A stretch of DNA of 64,000 nucleotides from Octopus sinensis. Its lineage: Eukaryota. This document shows positions 12,115 to 25,902 of this stretch, in pieces. The DNA lies in contig NC_042998.1 in the NCBI RefSeq assembly GCF_006345805.1, positions 43,958,001 to 44,022,000 on the forward strand. The letters run 5' to 3'. The notes under the pieces were generated by a model. It searched no databases. It was not told the DNA's origin and worked only from the letters and a program-made list of their open reading frames with translations. The stretch's first letter is position 1. Every line of letters begins with the position of its first letter. A program made the translations under genes and the position numbers.

Positions 12115-13360
12115 AGTTATTTAATTGACCCCGATAGGATGAAAAGCAAAGTCGACCTCGGCGGGATTTGAACACAGAACGTAAAAACAGACGAAATATC
12201 GCTAGGAATTTTGCCCAGCATGCTAACGATTGTGCTAGGCCGCTGTCTTTTATAATATTCCTTTCTACTATAGGCACAAGGCCTGATGTTTCAGGGCAGG
12301 GGCTAAGTCGATTACATGGACTCCACTGTTCAACTTGTACTACTTATATCAAGACCGAAAGGTTGAAAGGTAAAGTTAACCTCGGTGGAGATTGAACTCA
12401 GAAAGTCGCCGACTTGTATAATAATAAAAGTTTCTAATATAAGTACAAGGACAGCAATTTTGATGGTAGGTAATAAGTTGACTCCATTGAGCCCAATACT
12501 TCACTGATACTTTTTTTTTATCGGCCTCGAAATTACTGGCCTTGTGCCGAAATTTGAACCAATATTATATTAGGCGGTAAACTGGTAAAATTCGTTAGAG
12601 TGTCCGGATCTTTATGTTCTGAGTTCAAATTTCTTCGTGATCAACTTTACTTTTCGTTCCTCTGGAATCACTAAAATAAAGTCGCAGTGAAGCACTAGGA
12701 ATGATGTAATAGACTAACCTCTTTCTCTCCCAGATTGCCTGCTTTGTGCCTATATGAGAAACAACGAGGCAGCAATCTGGCAAAATCGTTACCTCACCAA
12801 AGGCAGCGAGCTGGCAGAAACGTTAGCAGGCCGGGTGAAATGCTTAGCGGTATTTCGTCTGCCATTACGTTCTGAGTTCAAATTTCGCCGAGGTCGACTT
12901 TGCTACTCATCCTTTCATGGTCGATAAATTAAGTATAAGTTACGCACTGGGGTCGATGTAATCGACTTAATCCGTTTGTCTGTCCTTGTTTGTCCTCTGT
13001 GTGTTTAACCCCTTGTGGGTAGTAAAGAAATAGGTATTTCGACTGCCGTTACGTTCTGGGTTCAAATTCCGCTGAGGTCGACTTTGCCTGTCATCCTTTC
13101 GGGGTCGATAAATTAAGTACCAGTTTTGCACTGGGGTCGATGTAATCGACTTAGTTCCTTTGTCTGTCCTTGTTTGCCCCCTCTGTGTTTAGCCCCTTGT
13201 GGGAAATAAAGAAATTAAAAATTGTTACCTCATCGGAGAAAATGCTCAACATTACCTTTCATTCTTTCAGGGCCGATAAAATAGGTAATATTTCAGCACT
13301 GGAATCAATGTAACCGGTTTCCTTCTTCCCTCAAAATTGCTGACCTTGTGAACAAATTAG
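12115..13360. mobile_element. Cluster of family A SINEs on both strands; best copy is 12800-13215 (+), with a duplicated body
   Basis: Repeated ttctgagttcaaatt...gaggtcgactttgcc..tcatcctttc..ggtcgataaattaagtac. Confidence 0.85.
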
Positions 13361-16120
13361 AAAGAATTGTTATTTAACATAAAATTTTTAAAATTTGTAA
13401 TTGCTGTTATTATTTTTGTTTCCTGGCCTGACAAGTTATGTTTTAGCAAATTCTGTCGTTTTGAGTTGTTACTGAATGAAAGCTGTTTCGATATTTCACA
13501 AGAGAATCTGATTAGGAACACCGAAAAGTATTCTTATACAATCTTCTTGAAGTTTTGTAGACATCTTATTTTTATATTCCTTCTTGAAATACACTTAGAA
13601 AATGGCGTCTGCAACAAAAACAACAATAAGCAGGAAGGTACCACTACCACTACCACCACCACCATCACTGACACTAAAAATGATTACAATGCATTTGACG
13701 AATAGAACAAGAGGAAAATAAAAAAATATTAAATTCACAAACACGTCTAGTTCAATATACGAAAACAAAACAATACATAAATACTGACAGCATCACCACA
13801 TTTTGTGATTAATTGTTAGCAACAACAACATCAACAACAAAAAGTACAACGAGTTTACTCAAACACACAGCGGGTGAAAATATAAAGAGATATTCTTCAT
13901 GAAATTAAGCTATGTTGTTAAAGCTCCAGGAAAAAAAAAAAGGTATATTGTACATGACCAAACTTACGCGAAAACAAGCAATCTGACAAAAATATAGTGA
14001 GTCGTAATGTTTATCCTTGTTTAAAAAGCATATCTAAGATTTGAAGAGAACAGCTACTTCAATCGAATTCAAACAAAATAGCAAGGTCTCCATCGCTCGC
14101 AAGACAGCAATTGGAATAGACTCTTTTCAGCAGGTGGAAAAATATACTCGCCAACTAAAGGGACCTGTGAGACATTTTGCCGGGTCTTTATAAGCAGGAC
14201 ATAGTAAGGAAATATAACTGAAATTCTGAAAACCCTTCTTGCTATTTTATTTGTCTTAATGGCTTCTGAAAACCTCAGAACCATATCGGAGATTTAAGAT
14301 AGAAATGAAAAGTATGGTTATAATGCTGCTGGGTAAAAAAAACCAGTTGTTATGGTTGTCCTGATAAGCTAGAGATGTATAGCAGAAAGGAGATCAGCAA
14401 ACCCCGGTACCCAGAGAGTCATCGACCTGTGGGCACTTTCTGGTCCGCTCCAGTGCCTGAACTTCTCAAGGGCTATTTTGGCATCGTACAGTTTTGGCAT
14501 CTGAAAAGTGTTAGGGTATCGTGAAAATGATCAGTGCCCTGGAGGTGCTTTGACCCAGCTAGCTAGAGTCTCTCACAGTATATGGGTGAACAGCCCTAAA
14601 TAGTTTTCTTATAATAAACCTTGTTTGAATTATAGCGTATTCTTACATAATTTCATACCTATTCCATGTCACAAATCAAGTTTTTAACCCATCCACTGTA
14701 TAGCGTCCTCACCTCTCACCCGTTTTTATGTAACTTTGTCCATTACATTTGTATAGTAGTAACTAAATTTCTATCATTTATTGTATTACACACGAAAGCT
14801 GTTTGTAAGCTGTTTTTAAAGGCACCACCATTAATGCTAACAACAACAGTAGCGGCATATTTCGCAGTTTATTGGAAACTTGTTCTGCGCTTCTAGATGC
14901 ACCGTCGTGATTTGATGGGTGTGCGCGGTATTGCATTTCGGGGACTGTAAGATTTGTGCTTTTATGCTATACTGTTTTGTTTATATGTGTCTGGTATTAC
15001 ATCTGTTTGCTTTGTAGCATATGTTTGCTATGAGTTGTTGTTTGGCACAGGTTGAACTCTAAGCTGACTTATCGAAGCCATTCCATGAGAAAATATTCTG
15101 TATTTTTGATATAGCTGAGTGATTTGAAGAAAAGTTGGCTGTTATTTTAACAGGCTGATCATTGTAGCTTCCTTTTTTTATTGAATGGTGTCTGTGTTTC
15201 GATTATGTTGTGTAAATCGTGTAATGTGCTTTAGTGCCAAGTAGAGATCGGGTTGAGTATGTGAAACGTGTATTGTGTGGATTTTGTTATATATTGTATG
15301 ACAATTATATGAAATGTGTCGAAGAAATTGTTGATGGTTGGTGAGATGTGTTATAATATCGGGCGTCAATTGGTCATTAATTATGAATGTAATATTATGC
15401 AATTAATCAAATAATTTTAAACTACATGCTAAAAATAGAGTTTACATTTATTAACAAATTCTTATTGAATTTGAAGAGCTGATATGAAGAGATGGTAAAA
15501 TACATTACTCCGTTCTAAACGCCTCATAGATCTGACAGTCTAACCCTATCGATTGATATCCTGAAGGCAATAATGTGGAACTTAAAGGGTTCGGAGTGAG
15601 TGATTCGGGTTGCATAATTAAAATTTCATCATATTTCAGTTTCGTCAGTAGTTACGCTTGACGTAAGCTAGCTACATTTTAAAGCAGTTTGCTATTTAAT
15701 AAAAAAAACAAAAAACTCATTATCTGTACGGTCAAGTTAAATGTGATTTCCATCAATAATCCGATAAATGGAAGCTAAATATTTCATTTGAATCATAGAA
15801 ATAATACACTTAACGAATTACAGGAATCGTTAAAGTGGAATTTGTTGGAGACATTACAAGGAGTAGATGCCGAGTTCGATTTCAAGAAAAAATATAGTGC
15901 TGAACTTCTACAAGGCTTGAATAAAACCAAAATTGGATTGTTATTCACATACAGGGTATTATATTTGTGCTGAGCGCACACAGACAGTAGAATGTATCTA
16001 AAATATATTAACTCAACTGACTGGTAAAAATTAACTGATCAGTATATTTCATAGATATTCCTTCTCCGTCGTTTTTGTAATTTTATCCAAATGTTATATC
16101 TTGCCGATGCAGGTAGACAG

Positions 16121-16140
16121 AAAGATAGATAGAGAGAGGG

Positions 16141-16231
<91 letters not shown>

Positions 16232-16260
16232 TAGACAGATAAACAGATAGATAGATAGAT

Positions 16261-16344
<84 letters not shown>

Positions 16345-16378
16345 CATATAGATTAGATAGATAGATAGATAGATAGAC

Positions 16379-16437
<59 letters not shown>

Positions 16438-16471
16438 CATATAGATTAGATAGATAGATAGATAGATAGAC

Positions 16472-16564
<93 letters not shown>

Positions 16565-16610
16565 GAAAGAAAGAGGGAGAGAGAGATAGACAGATAGACA
16601 CACACACAAG
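16121..16610. repeat. Long (GATA)n/(GACA)n microsatellite
   Basis: Read directly; the interruption gacatatagattagat occurs twice (about 16343 and 16436), indicating a higher-order duplication. Confidence 0.97.
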
Positions 16611-16714
16611 CACATATGTATATAGTGAATCCGAGAAACAGAGAAAAAAGAAGAAAAAGAAAATAAAAAACAATCACAAGGTCGTAGCAAAAACAATGTG
16701 AAAGAAGAGAGTTG

Positions 16715-16753
16715 TTGTGTTACGTTTCGAGCATAGCTCTTCGTCGGAGACAG
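16715..16753 (-). ncRNA. Minimal hammerhead-like motif (PLE pLTR relic)
   Basis: Reverse complement reads tgtct-CCGACGA-a-gagc tat gctc-GAAAC-GTA-acaca. Confidence 0.45.
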
Positions 16754-18707
16754 GAAAAACAGGAAAGTTCATAGATAAGAAAGACGGAAGAATGAGAAAA
16801 AATCGCCAACAGTCCCCAGCTTCCAAGTCATATTTCTGTTTCCATTACCATGATCATGAGAGTTGTTGAAGAATGTTTTCTGCTTTCCTTCCTTTACAAT
16901 GTGTTTCAATTATGATTGAACACCCCACCCCATGGTCATATACCTTCATCACAGACCATGAAATTATGGGCAGATTATTGTGGACTGCAGTGATATATTA
17001 GGATTTGAACGTTAATGGCAAGACAAAATTTCTGACGAAAGAACCTTTCTGACCATACTACTAAACATTATATGACGCTAGTTTTCTCAATAAGGTTAAA
17101 AATTACATTTATACATTTTTTAGGATAAATTGAGAATAGAAAAATAATGTAGGATTGGGTAGCTTCAAACACAGCTGACAAACAATTGAAAATAAATTAG
17201 ATATTACATATGAACACACAAACAGTAGTGGGGGGAAGATCGTCAATTTATAATTTATATTCTGAGCATACTTAAAAGGAAACAATCACATGCATGAATG
17301 TTTTAATGCATTTACATTTTACCTCAGTGTATTCATAAATGCATGATGTTTTTTCCAGAATTTATGAGTGATTGTATCCAATACAAGCATACATTTTCAG
17401 GTTTTGGCAGTACGAGTCCCAAGGTGGTTGTTTTGTCTAACGCTTCATCAAGCCATTAATCTGAAAAGTAATACTACGTATCAAAAAATATTCTGTGTAT
17501 AATAAAATACGGAATTGATATGCAGCATTTAGCTTGTACACTGCACTCGGATTCAAGTAAATCCCACTCCAATTATTTGTGCGTTTGTATACTAAATATT
17601 GATTGGTTTATTTTCAGCTTCACGCTTAATTTTATTGTTATTTCGTTTCTTTATGTTTTTTCAATATATTTCTTATCAATTGAGTTTATATCTTATGTCA
17701 CGACCATTCATCACGAAAATCTCAGTTTTTGCAGTGGTACTTTAAATTTCTATTTGGTAACTTTTCTAAAAACTTTAGTTAAAGTCGTAATTATTTTTTA
17801 TTCTTGAGTGTATATGCACGCATCTTCTTTGTCGGATTTTGTACATATATAAAATGAATTTAATATTTGCCAATAGTTATTGGATTCCATTGGGTACTAG
17901 GTTTTATAACATAAGTAGTTCCCTATAGCTGCTTTTTAATTCATTATTCTTTTATGTCAAACATTAATGTCATGCACCTATTCATCATTTCCTTCTCCCT
18001 ATTTTCCCTTATATACCACCATATTTCCATTAGGATTATTGCTGTTGTTATAGTCTTTGATGCAGTTGACAACAACAGCTAATATCTATACAACGTTGTC
18101 AAAGATATTTTGCTTACGATAAACTTTCAGATTGTACGGAAGGATAGGGAAATAGTCACTGATTTTGGAAGATTTGCTCGATTGGGTTTATGCTTAGTTG
18201 TCAGATTTTTACGTCGCGCATGGCACCCGACTATAGCAAAAGAGTGGAAACCGGTGCGTGATAGCTACAATCACCACCCAAAAGATAAAAGCAGATGACA
18301 ATACAATATCAGTGTGCAACATTAATGTGACTTACTGTGCACAACAAGCAGGTGAAACATTAAATTAACAGCAAATAAAACATAAGCAAAGGAAATATCT
18401 TAAAAAATAAAACTGATGTATTGCAGAAACATAATTCTAAATCCTCATAAAAAGATGCTACAGACATCTCAGGAACACGACGGAGGCATAGATATTCGTA
18501 CACGACTTTTGAAAAGATGATGAAGTAGTTGATGATGATGATGATGAGGAGGAGGAGGAGGGGGATGGCGATGATGATGATGATGATGAGGCGGTTGATA
18601 ACGACGTGGCCAAAATGGGCGAAACGGATAACAGAAAATGTATAATGAAAGTAGTTTCAGAAAGTACACACACGTATGTGTATGTAAATAAATATGAATG
18701 TGTGTAT

Positions 18708-18753
<46 letters not shown>

Positions 18754-18890
18754 ACACATTAGTGTGGGTGTGGGTGTGGGTGGGTGTGGGGGGGTGTGCG
18801 TGTGTGTGTCTGTATCGATGTAAGTTAACTTGCCTTTTGGAATGCAACATTCGTTTAAACCTGCGTTAAATTCGCAAGACTCTGTTATAA

Positions 18891-18928
<38 letters not shown>

Positions 18929-19562
18929 ATTCAAGAATATAGCTGTACAATACGCATGTTTAATAGAAACGTATTCATCTTGTGCGCGTTTGTGCATTTA
19001 CGTCTTTTCTGTTTAGTTCGCAAGTAAAGGTCAACCTATTATAGTATCCTGTTTCGGTTTATTTCTTTTCGAAACTTCAGAGGTTTGCACGTTCCATGCT
19101 TTGTGCTTCTTTTATGCATCAAATTCAAAGTATGCAGACCTCTTTTAACTTGCGTCTGAATAATTCGGTTTGTTTTTTTTTTTTTCAGCTATCCTTTGTT
19201 ATTTTTGTGGAGACGGGACTGAATCCGTCTTGTGTTGATATGCTTGCTGGCAATAAGGAACGTTCATTTTGAATTAATTTTGTGAAGTGATGATCAATAA
19301 ATGCAGACTATTCTCAATGTATGACATACAGTTAAGCTGTGAAAACAATAAGCAAACAGATGTATGGGTTGGTGGTGTAGGAATGCATAATAACCCAATG
19401 GGTTCCGAATGTGTAAGTGTATGCCATATTCTATTGAGTTACGATACTTTATGATGTCAACTTTGCTTTTCAACTTACTGAGATCGATTCAATGATCTAT
19501 CAATATAGTATGGAGTCGAAAGAAACCGACTTTTGCCGATCTCAAATTTCTATTCTTTCGCC

Positions 19563-19608
<46 letters not shown>

Positions 19609-19908
19609 CAAGGCGACGAGCTAGTAGAATCGTCAACACACCGGGAAAAAAATCCCCTGGGCATAACCATTCTTACAACTATAAAGAATGACATAGACAG
19701 TGAGAAGAGATGAGGGGTTGCTGGAAAGAGTAGGAAAGGCAAGCATTTTTAGCATTTCTTTATATATTGCATAATATCTCTGACCCCTCTCATTCTTTTT
19801 TCTACGTGACTTGTAAAGTTTACTTGTATGTAAGAGCTCTGGTAGTAAAAATGAAAATTATTATTATTATTATTATTATCATTGTTGTTGTTGTTTTAGT
19901 TATTATTA

Positions 19909-19944
<36 letters not shown>

Positions 19945-19996
19945 TATTATTATTATTATTATTATTATTATCATCATCATCATCATCATTATTATT
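19563..19996. repeat. (TTA)n/(TTG)n/(TCA)n trinucleotide tracts (19563-19606 and 19856-19996)
   Basis: Read directly from the sequence. Confidence 0.95.
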
Positions 19997-20867
19997 TATA
20001 CATGCAGCAGTAGTTACTATTTTATTTGCGTTACAACCCAGCAGCATTATTAATTCAACCTTCTCAAGCAGATACGAATAGATGAATATAATTTGAATAA
20101 TACATGATTATTTTTGAATCAATCAACATAAATTAATGCAATTGAAATGAATAATGATTAAAAAGTAAAATAAAATAGAACACACGTAAATTTTTACGGC
20201 AGAATAAATGCGTTGTGCTCCTAAAGATGGAAGCCATTACTAGTTAGTTGACGGATAAGTGTTAGAGAAAGAGAATTAATTGAATAGGATTTTAGGATAT
20301 CATATAAAATGCAACCACAAAATAAATATAGATTTGCATTCGTGAGAAGAGAGAAATTAACAATGAACTGTTATCATTCAAGTGAACGCTATATAGCAGT
20401 TTTAGATGTACATGATGAAAAAGCGAGGTGGAAATATTTTCTCGTCATTATTCAACGATTATCCTATTATATCTTCAGATATTCTGTTATCTTACATTTA
20501 AGCATGGGAAGGAATCGATAAGATTGTTTGTGATTTATTTTTATAAGGAAATAAAGTGAAAATGCAACAGTCGAAAGCAAAGGTCCCACATAAGAGGTAT
20601 ATGCAAACATGAAGCTATATAAGCAAACTGGCAGTTTGCTCATCCTAAGCTAGGTCAGAGTATCAATAAAGGTAAACATTACTCCCAATTAAACATACGG
20701 AGTGGAATAATACACTCTAAGAATCCATAATCTGCCAAACACCAATAAAGTAAGGGAACCAATTTCTGAGGACGCACGTATATCATCTGCATCCTCCAAA
20801 AGACAATATGCAGAAGAATGCGAGCTGCAGCTATTGACCACCATACTTTATAACGATAAACGATAAA

Positions 20868-21170
20868 CGTCGCCCTTTTCAAGCCTAGCCAGGCTCATGG
20901 GCCCAGTTTCCCGGTTTCTGTGGCGTATGTGTCCCCCCCTCAGCTGGACGGGACGCCAGTCCATCGCAGCGTTACTCAAGAAGCAAGAAGAGAGAGTGAG
21001 AGAAAGTTGTGGTGAAAGAGTACAACAGAGGTTGCCACTAACGCCTGCCGGAGCCTCGTGGAGCTTTTAGGTGTTTTCGCTCAATAAACACGCACAATGT
21101 CTGGGAATCGAAACCACGATCCTCCCACAGCGAGTCCGCTGCCCTAACCACTGGGCCATCGCACCTCCAC
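20868..21170 (-). mobile_element. tRNA-derived SINE, family C
   Basis: Reverse complement has tggcccagtggttagggcagcggactcgc...ggtttcgattccc (A and B boxes); homologous to 37025-37322. Confidence 0.85.
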
Positions 21171-21938
21171 CATACTTTATAAAGTGTGACACAAAAGATA
21201 GCGCAGTAGCTGACATGATTACAAATGAAACCGGGCCAAATTGAAGCTCACTTACGCACAAGGTTACCACATTAATAAACCTGGGATGACCACCATAGAC
21301 ATACATCACATCAGTTCTACACCTGAACATCAGAAGCGTGTTATAGAAAATCAACAGAATCAAAATTCCATACATTAACGATCGTCCCTCATATACTCAA
21401 TTAATACGCATGACACTCACAGATACGCTTCTATCTACACATATAGCCGATGCTAGTACACATACCAAAGTATGTTATGTTTCGGACAATGATAATACAA
21501 AACAACAATAATAGGGCTGAAGAAAACATGCTGTTCAATGTTGAAAAATGTTTAAGAGCTCGCCTTTAGTTTACAAACATATTTCCATTACCAGAGGGCA
21601 TTTCAATCCTGGAGTCACAGTCAGTGAGTGATTTCGGAATCTACATGCATCATTTTATGTGAAATTTCAACAATGTGCAGTAGATGGATTGTTGAATTCT
21701 GAGATCTTTCAGAATGAGAAAATAAGAAACTATTTTGCTCTTGTGGAGAGCATTTGCCCTCAGTCGCCTGGAATAATGTTCCTAATCATCGTTGTCTCAT
21801 TGTCTCAGACTAACAACGGAGCCTAGAGCAATCCGAGACACACACACACACGCATACATACAGACACACGCATACACATACACACACAAGTTCAAACACA
21901 GATACAGACACACACACACACACACATACACAGATATA

Positions 21939-22019
<81 letters not shown>

Positions 22020-22302
22020 CTCAATACATAGCAGAGTAAATTAATTTATTTTATAGAAGGAGCTTCTACTGGACTAGAACTGTTTCATTCAAATGAAATC
22101 ATCGATTTTATCAAGTGGCCTGCATGGGAATAAATACCATACAAAGGTAATTATTATTTAAAACTATAAATTAGGGAATCTGAGAGATACCACCACGCTG
22201 AAATAGCAGTCAAAACCCTGAGCCTAAAGCCACATTAAATGTTCATGTAGCGCTAGGAGAGAAGACAGAGAGACAAAATAAACTAGCAAAAAAGATTTTT
22301 CT

Positions 22303-22344
<42 letters not shown>

Positions 22345-23307
22345 TAATTTGATTTGGAAATACAAATGAAAGAACAATAATGTCAGTACATGAACCACGC
22401 ACCAACGTCTCTTTAGTCGACCGTGTTACCGAATGCACTCTACTTAGCGTTTGTCCTCGTGTTGCTTAACTTCGGTTTATCTATCTAATGAATTGTCTTC
22501 TTGATAAATGTATAAAACAATGAATGGAAAATATGATGTCTTGCTACGAATGTTAAGTAGCTGAAAATGTATCTGTGAAACAGGCAAGATGCCACGTATA
22601 TATAAAGTTCAATTTGCTGGAGATGGATATTTATAACCAATCTAGAAAAGAGAACGCAAACTCTGTGTGGCATAATCAAAAACACAGTCTCCTGGAAATG
22701 AATAGATATGTGACGAGAGGTTATCAGTGAATTCAAATGAACATCTTAATAATGAATGCATGATACATATGTGTAAGTGTGTGTGTGTGTGTGTGTGCGT
22801 ATGTGTGTGCATGTGTATGTGACTGCATGTGTACATGTCCGTGCGTGTGTATATATGTGTTGGAATACGTACTATGCATATATGTAATATAAACACACAC
22901 ACATACATACACACACATTTGTTGACAACTCAGTGACTCTAAATTCTAAATTTGCAGCCAATAGTGGTCGACAAGGGTTTTAGCTGGAGTGCGCACGTCA
23001 CTGATGAGATCCGAAAGGTTAAAACACTTGAATTACGTAGTCTCGAATCATATTTTGCAGTACTTGATTTTTCTATAACTAAAAAATAAATAAATAAATA
23101 AATATGAATTGAATATAGTATATATGTTTATATTTATGTACGTTTCCTTGCTAGTGCGGATGCATAACATACTTAAGTTCTCAGAATCCATGGCAGTCAG
23201 CATAAATGCGGCAAGAAATACTTTTTAGCTTAAGTCAAGACAGTTTCAGTGACTTTTTTTTTAATATTATAGGTAGTGCGTATATATATATATATATATA
23301 TATATAT

Positions 23308-23515
23308 ACTCTTTTACTTGTTTCAGTCATTTGACTGTAGCCATGTTGGTGCACCACCTTTAGTCGAGCGCATCGACCCAAGGACTTATTCTTTGTAACC
23401 CTAGTAATTATTCTATCGACCTCTTTTTTGCCGAACCGCTCAGTTACGGGGACGTAAACTCACCAGCATCGGTTGTCAAGCGATGTTGTGGGGACAAACA
23501 CAGACACACAAACAT

Positions 23516-23556
<41 letters not shown>

Positions 23557-23710
23557 CGAAGGGCTTCTTTCAATTTCCTTATTTAATCGACCCCGAAAAG
23601 ATGAAAGGCAAAGTCGACCTCGGCGGAATTTGAACTCAGAACGTAACGATAGACGAAATACCGCTAAGCATTTAGCCCAGCGTTCTAACGATTCTGCCAG
23701 CTCGCCGCCC
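23308..23710 (-). mobile_element. SINE B 3' part (23308-23578) abutting SINE A 5' part (23579-23710)
   Basis: Matches the family patterns seen elsewhere in the window. Confidence 0.85.
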
Positions 23711-23986
23711 TTCTTACGCATAATATTGTGAATGGTATGTTCAATTTTATTTTATAAAATGTGAACAACTGCTGCAGTTATTGATGATATCTTGTAAACT
23801 ACAATCGACTTTCTATCATAAATGTTTTAATGTGGATGATTAGAGATATTGATAACTTTATTATTGCTGAAAGACTTAACTATCTCTTGTTCCTAACCAG
23901 CGAAAGCGAATCTTTGTAAGAGGAATACGGTAGAGCCGTCAGAAATCCGAGGGAACCACTTTTCTGCCTGTATTGTTAATATCCTT

Positions 23987-24200
23987 AAGGCAGTGAGCTA
24001 GCAGAATCGTCTGTACGCCTGTCAGAATACTTAGCAGCATTTCTTCTCTCTTTGTGTTCTGAGTTCAAATTCCGCCGAGGTCGATTTTGCCTGTCATCAT
24101 TTCTAGGTCGATAAATTAAGCACCACTCAAGTATTGGGTCAGTGTGATTGAATTAGCCCTTGCTCCGAATTTTGGGGCCTGAAGTCAAATTTTGAAATCA
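23987..24200 (+). mobile_element. SINE family A
   Basis: aaggcagtgagctagcagaatcg...gttctgagttcaaattccgccgaggtcga. Confidence 0.8.
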
Positions 24201-25203
24201 GTATTGTCAGCATCCTTTTGCTTGTAGTACATGTGCTATTTTTAGAATGAGTGCCTCTCTTATGAGTCTCTTTTGAATAAGCTAATCTAGCTAGCCTAAG
24301 GTCCTATAAGGAACAGCTGGACCCCAGAATACCTATCTAGCTCTTCATTCACTCCCAAGACCTTACTTATATTTTTCTCTGTTCAGAACATAGGTGATTT
24401 ACAAATTTCTCACTTTTCTGTTCTGTATGTATTTCAATGACCCAATGGAATACTTATAGGGTTTAGGACTGATATTAAATCTTTACTTCAATCCTGCCGT
24501 TTAGCAGAGATTCTTTGAGTATCACGATCATTTATATGTAATAAATATGTATATATGCATGTATCTAAGAGATTACACACACACACACACACACACCACA
24601 CACACGTACGTTATCTTCAGCATTTTAATGATTTGGAATTTTCGTACAAATAGCGAGATGATTAGAACCAAACCTCAGTCGATGCTGTTGATGTACGGAT
24701 GTTTGCATGTGTGTATGCATACATGTATGAATGAATGTATGTATGTATGTATGTATGTATGTATGTATGTATAGGTACACACTCACGCACATGCACACAC
24801 ACACATATATATACATATACGCGTGTGTGTATGTGTGTGTTTGTGTGTAAGTGTACATATGTATATATTATGTATGTATATATCTATTTATCTATCTAAC
24901 TGTGTGTGTATGTATGAATGTATGTTTGTTTGTATGTTTGTTTGTATGTATGTATACGCACAAACATGCATGTATCTTGGTTATTTAAAGTGTTCATACG
25001 ATAGATATCTCACATCAAATATATCTACATCACAGATTATTGTGATTTATTGCATACAGCACGGATTCCACACGCTAAATATACATAGTTAAATAGCTAG
25101 TGACAACCAAAGGCAAATTGACAGGAAACTATTTGAGCTACAGGTTTTATATAAAAGTCCCATCTCCCACGCATTGCTAGGAAAACGGCACAACAAATTG
25201 GGG

Positions 25204-25237
<34 letters not shown>

Positions 25238-25286
25238 AATATATAAGAAAAAAGGTTTGAAAATGCAATTTAAACGATGTTTATTT

Positions 25287-25326
25287 ACTTAACCGTTTCA
25301 CTCTTTGGTAAAAGATTGTCAAAAGT
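25287..25326 (-). ncRNA. PLE-1 pLTR hammerhead motif (1 nt missing in stem III)
   Basis: Same as 32489-32529 but reads aaccgtttc instead of aaccggtttc on the + strand. Confidence 0.55.
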
Positions 25327-25356
25327 TACATTTAAGGAAACATTGAATAATATGGG

Positions 25357-25480
25357 TTCAAAAAAGTTTTTACATAATTGTCACATTGAATATTATGCAT
25401 TCAAAAAAGTTTTTACATAATTGTCACATTGGATATTATGAATTCAAAAATGTTTTTTTATACATAATTGTCACATTACA
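25357..25480. repeat. About 42-bp tandem repeat x3 inside the PLE-1 pLTR (also at 31227-31350)
   Basis: ttcaaaaaagtttttacataattgtcacattgaatattatgca repeated. Confidence 0.85.
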
Positions 25481-25902
25481 TGTATAAATATAGTGTTTGG
25501 TAACAGAGAAGTTCAATAGTGTGATGAGAATATTTGGGAAAATTTGGCAGAAAAGGATAAAACAAATATATTATTGGGAATTGGTTGCGTTAATTATTGG
25601 TTGTCGCAAATTGTCACATTACATGGATATATATACAATCTTTGGTATATATATACAGCCTTTTGACAGCAAAAATTAAATGGATTTTTTATACATCTCA
25701 GAATATTTTAAGTACAAGGCGAGAATATGTTTTTTACTGACCTGTCGGTATTAGCAGAAAGGCTGAACTGAGAGAAGAGAGGAAGTAGCCAATGTGGTGT
25801 ATACTTCCCCTTTATGCATGAATGATTTTGGGGTTATCAGGAGGTTAGTATGCGGGTGTGAATAGATGTGTCCGTGCCCGCTGGTCAGATAGCGTCTGTT
25901 TG

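Noticed and set aside
14395-14425. Resemblance to RNase MRP (aaaccccgg...cagagag)
   Set aside because: No P8 pairing around GAGAG and no 3' P4 strand
16039-16696. 200-212 aa ORFs (LSIY repeats)
   Set aside because: Translation of the GATA microsatellite
25357-25480. Short repeats suggestive of a CRISPR array
   Set aside because: Contiguous tandem units without unique spacers, inside a eukaryotic retroelement
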